Below, one piece after another: positions 39,975 to 49,825 of a DNA stretch of 64,000 nt (position 1 is the first letter of the stretch; the number at the start of each line of letters is the position of its first letter). Source of the stretch: Chlorobiota bacterium (lineage in GTDB: Bacteria; Bacteroidota; Ignavibacteria; OLB7). Where the stretch lies: NCBI GenBank assembly GCA_028287785.1, contig JAQBOZ010000007.1, positions 271,393 to 335,392 on the forward strand. The letters run 5' to 3'. Made by a program: the position numbers and the translations under genes. The notes under the pieces are model-generated. The model was given only the letters and a program-made list of their open reading frames with translations, was not told where the DNA came from and did not search any database.

Positions 39975-41528
39975 ATGCAAACGCGCACTCAAGATAACGA
40001 TCAGGTAGCCCGGCGCTACGAAGAGCTTGAACATCTCGAATCGGCGGGGGTGCTTGCCTATCCGTATGCGTTCGATAAAACGCATAGCGCCGCCGCCGCG
40101 AAATCGCAGTATCAGGATGACACGCCGGAGCTCACCGTCGCGGTTGCCGGACGGATCGTGGGGATCAGGCGGATGGGAAAGGCGAGCTTCGTTCATATCC
40201 AGGATGATTCCGGCAGACTTCAGATCTATCTGAAGAAGGATGATCTCCCGGATTACGACCAGTTCCGGCTGTACGATATCGGCGATATCATCGGCGCGGC
40301 CGGCTACATGTTCCGCACCCGCACCAACGAGGTGACGCTGCACGCCAGGAGTTTCACGCTCCTCACCAAGTGCCTCTCCCCGCTGCCGATTGCCAAGGAG
40401 GAGATCGATGAGGAGGGGAACAGGATCGTTCACGATCAGTTCGCCGACAAGGAGATGCGCTACCGCCAGCGATACGTGGATCTCGCGGTCAACCCGGAGG
40501 TGCGCGATGTCTTCCGGAAGCGGGCCAAGCTGATCACCACCGTCCGCCGCTATCTCGATCAGCGGAACTATCTGGAGGTGGAAACCCCCGTCCTGCATAC
40601 GATGTACGGCGGCGCCGCGGCCCGCCCCTTCGCGTCGCATCTGAACGCGCTGGATATCCCCCTCTTCCTCCGGATCTCGCTGGAGCTGAACCTGAAGCGT
40701 CTGATGGTCGGCGGCTTCGAGGGGGTCTACGAGCTTGGCAAGAATTTCCGGAACGAGGGGATCGACAAGACCCATAATCCCGAGTTCACGATGCTGGAGC
40801 TGTACGTGGCGTACAGGGATTACATGTGGATGATGGAGATGACCGAGGAGATGCTGACGGAGGTTGTGATGGCTGTCAACGGCTCGCTCCATGTCACCGC
40901 GGCCAACGGCGCCACGCTGGACTTCACCCCGCCGTACCGCCGCGCCACGATGCACGGGCTGATCGCGGAGTATACGGGAAAGGATATCGAGGGGATGGAT
41001 CTTGCGTCGCTCCGGGCGCTGGCGCACGAGCAGGGGGTTCATACCGATGCAACGATGGGAATCGGGAAGGTGATCGATGAGATATTCTCGGAGAAGGTGC
41101 AGCCGCATCTTGTGCAGCCGACATTTGTGATGGACTATCCCGAGGAGATGGTGCCGCTTGCCAAGCCGCATCGCTCCAAGGCCGGGCTGGTGGAGAGCTG
41201 GGAGCTGATCATCAACACGCAGGAACTGGCCCCCTGCTTCAGCGAGTTGAACGATCCCCGTGTTCAGCGCCGTCGCTTCACCGAGCAGGCGAAGCTCCGC
41301 GACGCCGGCGACGACGAGGCGATGCTGATCGACGAGGATTTCCTGCGCGCTCTGGAGGTCGGCATGCCGCCGGCCGCCGGCATGGGGCTGGGAATCGACC
41401 GCCTGACGATGATCCTCACCGGCGAGGAATCGATCCGCGATGTGATCTTCTTCCCGATGATGCGCCCTGATGAACGGCGCGACGCTGGTGGGAGTGATGC
41501 GGCGGCCGCGGATGAAACCGCCGGATGA
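39975..41528 (+). CDS. lysS: Lysine--tRNA ligase (class II)
   Basis: RRMGKASF, YRQRYVDL, FRNEG..HNPEFTMLE, SELNDP, GMPPAAGMGLGIDRL; start MQTRTQ at 39975. Confidence 0.97.
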   Translation: MQTRTQDNDQVARRYEELEHLESAGVLAYPYAFDKTHSAAAAKSQYQDDTPELTVAVAGRIVGIRRMGKASFVHIQDDSGRLQIYLKKDDLPDYDQFRLYDIGDIIGAAGYMFRTRTNEVTLHARSFTLLTKCLSPLPIAKEEIDEEGNRIVHDQFADKEMRYRQRYVDLAVNPEVRDVFRKRAKLITTVRRYLDQRNYLEVETPVLHTMYGGAAARPFASHLNALDIPLFLRISLELNLKRLMVGGFEGVYELGKNFRNEGIDKTHNPEFTMLELYVAYRDYMWMMEMTEEMLTEVVMAVNGSLHVTAANGATLDFTPPYRRATMHGLIAEYTGKDIEGMDLASLRALAHEQGVHTDATMGIGKVIDEIFSEKVQPHLVQPTFVMDYPEEMVPLAKPHRSKAGLVESWELIINTQELAPCFSELNDPRVQRRRFTEQAKLRDAGDDEAMLIDEDFLRALEVGMPPAAGMGLGIDRLTMILTGEESIRDVIFFPMMRPDERRDAGGSDAAAADETAG

Positions 41529-41535
41529 TGTATAA

Positions 41536-41572
41536 CGCAGTCGGGGCGGGTTTTAAACCCGCCCCGACTGCG
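41536..41572. repeat. REP-like palindrome (18-bp arms) overlapping the stop of the next gene
   Basis: CGCAGTCGGGGCGGGTTT-T-AAACCCGCCCCGACTGCG. Confidence 0.85.
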
Positions 41573-42038
41573 ACCGATGTTCCGCCATCATCTCCATCAC
41601 CTTCCGGTAGTATTCCGCCACGCTCTCCGCTGCTCCGTCGGTGATGCGACGGAAAACGCGCGCGGTTGGGAAGAGAACCGTGCCATCCGGAAGCTCCACG
41701 GCCAGAAGGGTTGGCGCCTCCTCATGGCCGGTGATCCATGTGCCGCCAAGCTCCAGCCGGAACGTTTCGCCGAGATAGATCCCCCAGAGATTTGCCCACT
41801 GCGCCACATCCACATCGCTTGTCCCAAGGCCCAGCCGTTTCTTGAAGGATTTCTGAGTGTACTGCCCGTGCAGTTCCTCCAGCATCTCATCGAGAACCGG
41901 CAGGGTCGCCGGGGTATGGTCGAACAGCGCCGAGCGCCAGCTTACGGCGGCATCGCGGGCGGCGGCATCGTACTGCGCCACCAGCACCTCCAGCGATTCG
42001 GGTTTTTCCGGCTTCTTGAACGCTCGTTTTTTCAGCAT
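41553..42038 (-). CDS. Hypothetical protein, DUF3806-like
   Basis: WGIYLGE....GGTW and LFP...V.RRI pattern. Confidence 0.65.
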   Translation of the reverse strand: MLKKRAFKKPEKPESLEVLVAQYDAAARDAAVSWRSALFDHTPATLPVLDEMLEELHGQYTQKSFKKRLGLGTSDVDVAQWANLWGIYLGETFRLELGGTWITGHEEAPTLLAVELPDGTVLFPTARVFRRITDGAAESVAEYYRKVMEMMAEHRSQSGRV

Positions 42039-42065
42039 CGCGCGATTGGGTTGTGTGTCCTTCGA

Positions 42066-42575
42066 CTATGGCCGGCCGGGTCCTCCGGTGCTATCGCCTC
42101 CGGGGCGTCCCCGCGGGCCGGCCGGAGCCGTCCAGTCCGACCCTATTTCCGGGTGGCGTATCTCCCCGCCCCTGGTGGATGTGATCGCCATCAGGACGCA
42201 GACAGCCAGCGAGAGAAGCAGGAGGACGGCCATCAGCCAGGCGGGCGGGCCTTCCGGCTTCCGCATCATCACAAGCCCGAAGATAGCGAGTATTCCGGCG
42301 ATCTCGGCGCCGATCATCGAGATAAACGCCATCTCCTCGTGCGCGTGAATCGCCCCGCGCATCACGCCGGAAACGCCACGCAGCGTCTCCTGAGCCGGAT
42401 CGCCCGTCAGATAGGCGGGGATGGTGATGGCAGCCACAACCACGAACGACCAGAGCGCGACCCTTCGGACATCGGCGCTTTTCCGCATCATCGCAACCAC
42501 CAGCAATGCCGTGCAGAAGAGGATGCCGACAACCGGAATGTGGTTGAGTATCAGATGAATATGTGCTCCGTTCAT
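42066..42575 (-). CDS. DUF2231-like membrane protein
   Basis: HLILNHIP, AYLTG, HEE, GGEIRHPE; ATGA overlap with the upstream gene. Confidence 0.75.
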   Translation of the reverse strand: MNGAHIHLILNHIPVVGILFCTALLVVAMMRKSADVRRVALWSFVVVAAITIPAYLTGDPAQETLRGVSGVMRGAIHAHEEMAFISMIGAEIAGILAIFGLVMMRKPEGPPAWLMAVLLLLSLAVCVLMAITSTRGGEIRHPEIGSDWTAPAGPRGRPGGDSTGGPGRP

Positions 42576-43087
42576 TTCTCCCCCGCGGTTATTGTGTTAC
42601 GATGGCTGGCCTGTTCAAGCATGTCGGCTTCATGATCCGCGACGGAATTTCCCGTTCGCATTCCGCGTTCCTCTTTTTCGCGCTGGCAGAGCTCCAGAAA
42701 CTCCTGCTCGTAGCGCTGCAGATCATCGTCGGAAAGATGCCCCAGTTGCGCGAAGTTGGTACGCGCGTGCTTCATGGCGCGGAGCAGCTCATCCAGCTTC
42801 AGATGGATCACCTTCGAATCCCGGTTCTGGGTATTCTGAATCAGAAAGACCATCAGGAATGTGATGATGGTGGTTCCGGTGTTGATCACAAGCTGCCATG
42901 TATCCGAATACTGGAACATGGGGCCGGTAACCGCCCAGACAAGGATGATCACGATGGAGGCGATGAACGACCAGGCCGAGCCGACAATATCTGATGTTGC
43001 GGCGGCAACCTTGCGAAACGCCTCCCTCATCGTATGCGCCGTGCTGCCTGATTGCTCCGCTTCGGAGGTCTTCTGTACCTCGCTCAT
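42572..43087 (-). CDS. Low-affinity iron permease (Fet4) family protein
   Basis: SDTWQLVINTGTTIITFLMVFLIQNTQNRD..IHLKLDELL. Confidence 0.92.
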   Translation of the reverse strand: MSEVQKTSEAEQSGSTAHTMREAFRKVAAATSDIVGSAWSFIASIVIILVWAVTGPMFQYSDTWQLVINTGTTIITFLMVFLIQNTQNRDSKVIHLKLDELLRAMKHARTNFAQLGHLSDDDLQRYEQEFLELCQREKEERGMRTGNSVADHEADMLEQASHRNTITAGEK

Positions 43088-43179
43088 AACGATTCCTGAA
43101 TATCGATGGAAGAAATGATCAATCCGTTTCGTTATGAAGAGATCAAAATCCGTACCTCAAACCTCCATCCCCTCAGATG

Positions 43180-43228
43180 TGCGCGGGGCGATGCCCCGCG
43201 CACCAGGAATTGCGCCCCTCCGGGGCTT
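43180..43228. repeat. REP-like paired hairpins
   Basis: GTGCGCGGGGC-GAT-GCCCCGCGCAC followed by GCCCC-TCC-GGGGC, a motif resembling those inside MITE A. Confidence 0.45.
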
Positions 43229-43264
43229 GGGACGATGCTTCCGACAACGCTGCGGATGACCTTC

Positions 43265-43407
43265 TTCAGCGTATTCCAGAGACGCAGACCCTTCAAGGAC
43301 GATCAGGTGCAAGGCGGCCGAGCCTGAGCGAGTGAGGCGTCCCCCCGGACGCCGCAATGAGCCAACGGTGAAGGCCAACGCCGCAGATGACATCCTTCAA
43401 CAGTCTG
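43265..43407 (-). mobile_element. MITE family B copy (one end degenerate), directly after the mgtE stop
   Basis: Reverse-complement homolog of 51652-51786; TTCAACAGTCTG end abuts the TAG. Confidence 0.75.
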
Positions 43408-44787
43408 CTATAGGAGGGTCCCCCGAAGCACAAGCACCGCGACGGTGAAATAGATGATCAGCCCGGTCACATCCACCAGCGTGGCAACAAACGGCGCTGA
43501 TGATGTGGCCGGATCGGCGCCGAACCGCTTCAGGATGAATGGGAGCATCGATCCGGCAAGCGTTCCCCAGAGGACGATGCCGATAAGGGAAAGGCCCACC
43601 GTAAGCCCCACCAGCGCCCAGTGCGGCCCGTAGATCTGCGAGAACATGCTCCAGACCGCGATCCGCAGAAAGCCGATTGTCCCGAGAATCAGCCCCAGTA
43701 TCAGCCCGGAGAAAAGCTCGCGCCGCATCACCAGCCACCAGTCGCGCAACTTCACCTCCCCAAGCGCCAGGGCCCTGATGATCAGCGTGGCCGCCTGCGA
43801 GCCGGAGTTTCCGCCGCTCGATATGATCAGCGGCACAAAGAGCGCAAGCACCACCGCGCGGGCGATCTGCCCCTCGAAGAACCCCATCGCCGTGGCGGTG
43901 AGCATCTCCCCGAGAAAGAGGATGACAAGCCACGAGGCCCGCTTGCGAACCATCCGAAGGAGCGGAGTGCTCACGTACGGCTCATCCAGCGCCTCCAGGC
44001 CGCCGAACTTCTGGATGTCCTCCGTCGCCTCCTCCTCCGCCACGTCCAGCATGTCATCCACGGTAACGATGCCAAGCAGCCGGCCGCGCGCGTCGATCAC
44101 CGGAAGCACCGTCCGGTCATATTTCCGGAAGACATCGATCGCCGACTCCTGATCCTCGGTGGCACGAAGCGCCAGGAACTGGTTGTCCATCAGATCGGCC
44201 ACGCCGGTATGGAACTCCGCCAGAAGGAACTTTCTGATATGCACATCATCCACCAGGCGGTTGTTCGCGTCCACCACGTAGATCACATCAAGCGTCTCGC
44301 TGTTACGGCCATGCGTCCTGATATGATCCAGCACCCGCCGCACCGTCCAATCCTCCAGCACCGCGATATAATCCGGCGTCATCAGACGGCCCACGCTGTT
44401 CTCGGGAAAATCCAGAAGCGTCCGCGCCACCTCCCGCTCCTCGGTGGAGAGGAGGTTCATCATCTCGCCGGCGGTTTCTTCCGATACCTCCTCCAGCAGC
44501 GCTGTCCGGTCATCCGGCGACATCACGTTGAGAAGCGCCGATGCCTTCTCCCTGGTCATCCCTTCAAGCAGCCATGCCTGATCGGACGGATCGAGATACT
44601 CAAACGTTTCGGCGGCCAGATCCCCCTGAATCGCGCTGAACGCCTGCGGCCGCTCATCCTCGGGAAGGCTGGTGAGCAGCCCCGCGATATCGGCCGGAAG
44701 CCAGTCGCTGAAGACCTCGCTCAGTGTCTCAAGGTCGTCCGCTGCGATAAGATCTCTGATCTCGGGCTGGAGAAGTTTTTCGATCAT
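43408..44787 (-). CDS. mgtE: Magnesium transporter MgtE
   Basis: MSPDDR, CBS pair, EEEATEDI, GGNSGSQ, DPATSSAPFVATLVDVTG. Confidence 0.96.
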   Translation of the reverse strand: MIEKLLQPEIRDLIAADDLETLSEVFSDWLPADIAGLLTSLPEDERPQAFSAIQGDLAAETFEYLDPSDQAWLLEGMTREKASALLNVMSPDDRTALLEEVSEETAGEMMNLLSTEEREVARTLLDFPENSVGRLMTPDYIAVLEDWTVRRVLDHIRTHGRNSETLDVIYVVDANNRLVDDVHIRKFLLAEFHTGVADLMDNQFLALRATEDQESAIDVFRKYDRTVLPVIDARGRLLGIVTVDDMLDVAEEEATEDIQKFGGLEALDEPYVSTPLLRMVRKRASWLVILFLGEMLTATAMGFFEGQIARAVVLALFVPLIISSGGNSGSQAATLIIRALALGEVKLRDWWLVMRRELFSGLILGLILGTIGFLRIAVWSMFSQIYGPHWALVGLTVGLSLIGIVLWGTLAGSMLPFILKRFGADPATSSAPFVATLVDVTGLIIYFTVAVLVLRGTLL

Positions 44788-45244
44788 CTGCCGTGCTGTT
44801 CGAAGGGATTGTTCGTGCTTCCTCCACGCGCCGGATTGGAGCCGCGGAAGGAGAAATTATCGAGGATGATCCTCTCACCATCCATTATCGCCGCGTAACG
44901 ATTCGATTTTCCGGCGATGGAAGGCGCACCGGCGAGCCCCGCGGTTCAGTATCTTCGATCTCAAATGATAAACCACGTCGGCCGGATGAAACCCGGACGC
45001 GGCAGGCTCGTCTAGCGGGCTTTCCTCGGAATCCATCAGGAACCGCAAACCCGCCCCGTGGAAAAGCATTCATCAACGGGGCGGCAGCCCACATTTCATC
45101 CGAAGATCAGAGACAGCGGCACGGACGCCAGCGCGCGATGATCGCGGCCGGCGCCGGAATGTACCATATGCCCGCCGGGGCGTTCCAGTCACGAGCGTTC
45201 CTTCTCTCGATCTTCGCGAACGACATTACGATCCGGGCCAAAAT

Positions 45245-46759
45245 ATGACGAGATCCGTACAGCATGCGCTTCTTCTCTTCGGCACCATCTTTCTGTGGCT
45301 GTCGTTGACAGGTTGCCCGCAGAACCTGGTGAAGATGGCCGACGAGATTCTGCCGCCGAAGGACTACAAGCCGATCTACATGACATCGGCCGTTCCGTTC
45401 GATTCACTGATCCGGCAATATAGAACCGTCACCGGCCCCGTCACCGCATGGAAAAGCCAGCGGGTGGCCGATTCCACCGGCGCGATCGCCTGGCAGCGCC
45501 AGGGCCCGCTCACGATGGATATCCGCAAGGTGGACGACAGCCGGTATCCGGATGAGGTGGAGCTGCGCGCGTTCATCTACGATACCACCGGCCGTTTCGT
45601 GATGGGGCTTGCCCCGCCCTACTCCACCGGTAACTGGCGCGCCCGCTGGCCCCGGCTGGTGGACTCCTGCTCCGGGGCCGCCGTGCCGATCGACAGCTTT
45701 ACCGTCACCGAGGTCCGGCAGGATCGCCGCGAGCCGTACGCGATATCCTTCGTCCTTGACCAGTCCGGATCGATGGGGGACGAGAAGGTCCGCAAGCTCC
45801 GCACTGCGTTGAGCCGCACCCTCAGGATCATCAAGAAAGGTGATATGATCGCCACGGTGAAGTTCGGCAGCAAGTGCCTTGTGGATGTCCCGCTCACCGA
45901 TGACAGCGTCCGGTTCCGCAGGGAGTTTCAGGTGGAGAATCTGCAACCGCCGGGAGGGGGAGGAACGGCGCTGTACGACGCGGGCATCGTCGGGATCGAG
46001 CAGGTGGCGAACGCGCCGGTCGGCTACAAGCGCGCCATGATCCTCTTCACCGATGGCTTCAACGGCCAGTCCGATGCCACGCTCGCGGACGTGCAGCGGG
46101 CGGCGCGGGAGAAGAACGTCACCATCTACACCGTCGCCTACGGGCAGGCGGACGAGGAGGTGATGCGGACGATGGCGGCCTATACCGGCGGCAGGATGTA
46201 CAGGATCTACTCCAACAGGGAGTTCCCCTACGTCTTCGCCGATATCTATCGCGGCCTGAACAATTACTACAGGATCACCTACCGCCCGCCGCTCTGCAAA
46301 GGGGTCCATACCGCCACCGCCGCGGTCTCCATCCCGGAGCTTGGCTACAGCCCCCTCCTGGCCGACGGGCGCTACGACCGCTCCCTCTTCACGCCGTACG
46401 ATCCCGTCGGCTCCATCGCGATGGTCAGCATCGAGTTCGATTACGACAAGGCCACCATCCGCTCGGAATCCGCGCCCAGGGTGACGGAGGTCGCGGAGGC
46501 ACTCCGCGCCAACCCGGCGATGGAGCTGGAGATACGCGGGCATACCGACGATCGCGGCGGCGATGAGTACAACATGAAGCTCTCCGAGGATCGCGCGCGC
46601 GCCGTTGCCGACGCGCTGGTGACGCTCGGAATCGATCGGAAGCGGATGACCGTCGTCGGCTTCGGAAAGACGCGGCCGCTGGTCCCGAACGATTCCGAGG
46701 AGAACCGGAAGAAGAACAGGAGGACGGAGTTCGTGATCACCAGCCAGGGGGAGAAATGA
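45245..46759 (+). CDS. Lipoprotein with vWA and OmpA domains (paralog of 30959-32380)
   Basis: Lipobox LTGC; LDQSGSM, GGTALYDA, LFTDG (MIDAS); EFDYDK, RGHTD..YNMKLSEDRA, NRRTEF. Confidence 0.9.
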   Translation: MTRSVQHALLLFGTIFLWLSLTGCPQNLVKMADEILPPKDYKPIYMTSAVPFDSLIRQYRTVTGPVTAWKSQRVADSTGAIAWQRQGPLTMDIRKVDDSRYPDEVELRAFIYDTTGRFVMGLAPPYSTGNWRARWPRLVDSCSGAAVPIDSFTVTEVRQDRREPYAISFVLDQSGSMGDEKVRKLRTALSRTLRIIKKGDMIATVKFGSKCLVDVPLTDDSVRFRREFQVENLQPPGGGGTALYDAGIVGIEQVANAPVGYKRAMILFTDGFNGQSDATLADVQRAAREKNVTIYTVAYGQADEEVMRTMAAYTGGRMYRIYSNREFPYVFADIYRGLNNYYRITYRPPLCKGVHTATAAVSIPELGYSPLLADGRYDRSLFTPYDPVGSIAMVSIEFDYDKATIRSESAPRVTEVAEALRANPAMELEIRGHTDDRGGDEYNMKLSEDRARAVADALVTLGIDRKRMTVVGFGKTRPLVPNDSEENRKKNRRTEFVITSQGEK

Positions 46760-47565
46760 TAACGCGAACAAATCATCGAACCGGATCGATCCCCGGCAAC
46801 CCGCCCGGATGGGGCCTGCTCCCGTTGAAGCTCCGCCCGCTGTTTCTGCTGCTGGCGCTCCTCCTCCTCCCCGGCGCGTTTGCATTCGCCGGCATCACCG
46901 TCGATACAACGCGCGGCCTGGTGGGGGAACATCTCCGGGTCAGAATCATCATCCCTCCCGGCGGCCCGGCCGCGGGGCCGGCATTGTTGCGGGGGACGCT
47001 GCGGCTGAGCAACCCGACGGTCTTCTTCCCCGACTCCCTGATCGCGGCGCGGGCCGGCGCGATTACCGGCTACTCGCTCACGGCGCGGAAGGACTCGATC
47101 TACGATTTCTCCATCTCCCTCCTCCGCGATACCGCCATGGCCGACACGATCTACCTTGCGGGCGAGGCGCTGGCCGGCTCCGACTCGGTCTGCGTGATCC
47201 TCCTGAACGATATCACGCTGGACGGCGCACCACGGGAAAGCGCGAGCGGCGCGGTCCTCACCCGATCGGTCGGCCCGCCGCTCCCCTACGTCCGGTTCGC
47301 GATACTCGATCAGAACTATCCGAACCCGGCGCGCCAGGGAAGCCCCACGACATGGGCATACCGGATCGACAGGCTCTCCGATGTCCGCTTCTACTTCTAC
47401 ACCGTGACGGGAGCGGAGCTGTTCGTGGCCGACCTGGGGACGCAGCCGATCGGGCCGCACACATTCATCTACACCCCCGGCATCGACGTGCCGTGCGGGG
47501 TCTATCTGGTTCGTCTGGTGACCAATTCCGGTTTCGCCGACAAAGTGATGCACATCGTACGATAA
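46756..47565 (+). CDS. Small secreted protein, cohesin-like beta-sandwich plus T9SS-like CTD
   Basis: ATGA overlap (alternative TTG start at 46825); QNYPNP....GVYLVRL..KVMHIVR. Confidence 0.75.
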   Translation: MITRTNHRTGSIPGNPPGWGLLPLKLRPLFLLLALLLLPGAFAFAGITVDTTRGLVGEHLRVRIIIPPGGPAAGPALLRGTLRLSNPTVFFPDSLIAARAGAITGYSLTARKDSIYDFSISLLRDTAMADTIYLAGEALAGSDSVCVILLNDITLDGAPRESASGAVLTRSVGPPLPYVRFAILDQNYPNPARQGSPTTWAYRIDRLSDVRFYFYTVTGAELFVADLGTQPIGPHTFIYTPGIDVPCGVYLVRLVTNSGFADKVMHIVR

Positions 47566-48551
47566 TGAATCAACATCTACCCTGGCTCCGGCTGCATGCC
47601 GCATGGATACTGGCGTTGCTGGTAGTCTCCGCCTGCGGCGCGCGCGCCCAGGATGCCGACACGACGTGGGATGATCTCGGGCTCGATCCCAAGGGATTCA
47701 CGTTCGATGATGAGACGATCGGCCATGTGTCGCGCGGATGGTTTCCGCAGGCATATGCCGGGTATACGCTGATGTACAGCGGGCCGTTCGGCGACACGTT
47801 CGACGCGGCTACGGATATCCGCCCGAGGGCGTTCCAGCCCACCACCGCCCCCTTCTCGTGGCATAACCCGTACGAGGCGGATGAGCGGAAGATCTACCAG
47901 CCGAACAAGGACAAGGAGGAGGACGATGGTTATCCCAGCACCAGCTATGACGACTACTCCCTCCAGTTTCTCTACAACCTGCCGATGCCGGCCGTCGTCA
48001 GGCTTGGCGCCGGCCTCCAGGTGACGCAGGGGATGCTCTTTTCGGTCGACAACTCCCGGCACTACCTTTCGATCGGCGGATTGCGACAGCCGTTGAAGGA
48101 GGTCGGGGTGGCGTATCTGAAGCAGTACTCGCTGGCCGGGACCGTGGGGCTGGACATCCCCATCTATGGCGCGTTCATCAAGACCGAGGCGCTCTCGGTA
48201 TCATCGTACTATTATCTCTTCGGCGGCTACAGCTTCGCCTACGCGATCTCCAGCAAGGGGACGCAGTATGAGCAGATCGCGAACGCCAAGCAGGCGATCC
48301 GCTACGGCAACGGCTCCGACACCGCCACGCTGATCGACAAGCGGACGTTCGACGGATTGCAGCGGCTGCGACGGTCGATCGACGTGGGGGTGGGGTGGAA
48401 CGTGATGGGGGAGGACTTTCTGGCGCTCGGCGTGGAGGGGTTTGTTTCGATCCCGCAGACATCGCTGCTGGATGATTCCGACTGGAAGCAATATTTTGTG
48501 GGGCTTCGCATTTCTCTGGGAATCCACTGGCTGCCGAAGAAATCGAAGTGA
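47565..48551 (+). CDS. Putative outer-membrane beta-barrel protein
   Basis: TAATG overlap; start MNQHLPW; signal ARA|Q; amphipathic strands ending VGLRISLGIHW. Confidence 0.75.
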   Translation: MNQHLPWLRLHAAWILALLVVSACGARAQDADTTWDDLGLDPKGFTFDDETIGHVSRGWFPQAYAGYTLMYSGPFGDTFDAATDIRPRAFQPTTAPFSWHNPYEADERKIYQPNKDKEEDDGYPSTSYDDYSLQFLYNLPMPAVVRLGAGLQVTQGMLFSVDNSRHYLSIGGLRQPLKEVGVAYLKQYSLAGTVGLDIPIYGAFIKTEALSVSSYYYLFGGYSFAYAISSKGTQYEQIANAKQAIRYGNGSDTATLIDKRTFDGLQRLRRSIDVGVGWNVMGEDFLALGVEGFVSIPQTSLLDDSDWKQYFVGLRISLGIHWLPKKSK

Positions 48552-48636
48552 TCCGAACCGGAGCGATCCGAACGGCGGCATCCCGCCCCCGTACGATCTC
48601 TTCTCATCCGAAATATTCCGGGATCATCCGTTGAGC

Positions 48637-49806
48637 ATGGATCGCCCCCTGAAGATAGCATTCGTCCATCCCGGCAACGCGCGCGATGTGCGGACCTGGT
48701 CAGGGACACTCTACTTTTCCAAAGCCTCGATCGAGCGGCATATCGGCACCGTGACCGATCTTACCCCGGCGCCCATCCGGCTGTTCCCCTATCAGGCGGC
48801 CCGGAAGCTGGTTCGCTCGATCTCCGGCAGGAACTACAGCTTCCACCACGATATGTCGCTCGCCCGCCGCTACGGGCGCTACTTCAGCAAACTTCTCGCG
48901 CGCGACCGGTACGATCTGATCTTCTGTCCGGGGGGAGCAAACACGCTCGCCTTCCTGGAAACCGATGTGCCGATCATCTACTACTCCGACGCAACGTGGC
49001 GCTCCGTCCGGAATTTCTACTCCGACTACACCAATGTGATCTCCCGGACCGCGCGCGGCGGCGACGAGCTGGAGCGGCTGACGCTGGAGCGATCATCGAT
49101 CATCCTCTATCCCTCCTACTGGGCGGCCGCGTCGGCGACCGAGGATTACGGGATCGATCCCGGCAGAGTCCATGTCACGTTCCTGGGGGCCAACCTCATC
49201 AACCCGCCGGCGCGGGAGGCGGTGCTCCCCAGGAAGATCGGAACGCCGATCCGGCTTCTGATGGTCGGCGTATCGTGGGAGATCAAGGGGGGGGCGATTG
49301 CCCGCGAAGCCCTGGTCAGGCTCCTGGAGATGGGGCTGGATGCCGGGCTGACGGTGGTGGGATGCACCGCACCGGCCGGCGCGGAGCACCCGAGGATGAC
49401 GGTGATTCCATTCCTCAACAAGCAGATCCCCGAGGAGCGGGGGCTGTTCGAGCGGCTCTGGCAGGAGGCTGATTTCTTTATCCTTCCCACCCGGTTCGAG
49501 GCTGCCGGCCTTGTCTTCTGCGAGGCATCAGCCTACGCCCTTCCCGCCATCACGACCGATATCGGCGGGATTCCCTCGCTGGTGCGGGAGGGGAGAAACG
49601 GTCATACGCTGCCGCTGGAAGCCGGTGGCGGGCGGTACGCGGAGGTGATCGCGGAGATCGCCCGCGATCCGGAGCGCTACCAGGCGCTCTGCCGCAGCAG
49701 CCGGGAGGAGTTCGAAACGCGCCTGAACTGGGATGCCTGGGGGAAAAGCCTGGCGGCGATTATCGGGGATACTTTCCCCGCATTCCGCGGACGGCTCCCC
49801 GATTGA
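48637..49806 (+). CDS. GT4 family glycosyltransferase
   Basis: WSGT, KGGAIA, LPTRFEAAGLVFCEASAYALP, GGIPS; start MDRPLK at 48637. Confidence 0.9.
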   Translation: MDRPLKIAFVHPGNARDVRTWSGTLYFSKASIERHIGTVTDLTPAPIRLFPYQAARKLVRSISGRNYSFHHDMSLARRYGRYFSKLLARDRYDLIFCPGGANTLAFLETDVPIIYYSDATWRSVRNFYSDYTNVISRTARGGDELERLTLERSSIILYPSYWAAASATEDYGIDPGRVHVTFLGANLINPPAREAVLPRKIGTPIRLLMVGVSWEIKGGAIAREALVRLLEMGLDAGLTVVGCTAPAGAEHPRMTVIPFLNKQIPEERGLFERLWQEADFFILPTRFEAAGLVFCEASAYALPAITTDIGGIPSLVREGRNGHTLPLEAGGGRYAEVIAEIARDPERYQALCRSSREEFETRLNWDAWGKSLAAIIGDTFPAFRGRLPD

Positions 49807-49825
49807 AGAAAATTACAATCTGAGA

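Noticed and set aside
40660..41260. LysS motif variants (RISLELNLK, ELAPCFSE) as a sign of altered specificity such as EpmA
   Set aside because: The anticodon OB domain and all class II motifs are present; the variation is consistent with a divergent but normal LysRS
48551..48576. Short direct repeat GATCCGAAC x2 after the barrel gene stop
   Set aside because: Too short and isolated to interpret
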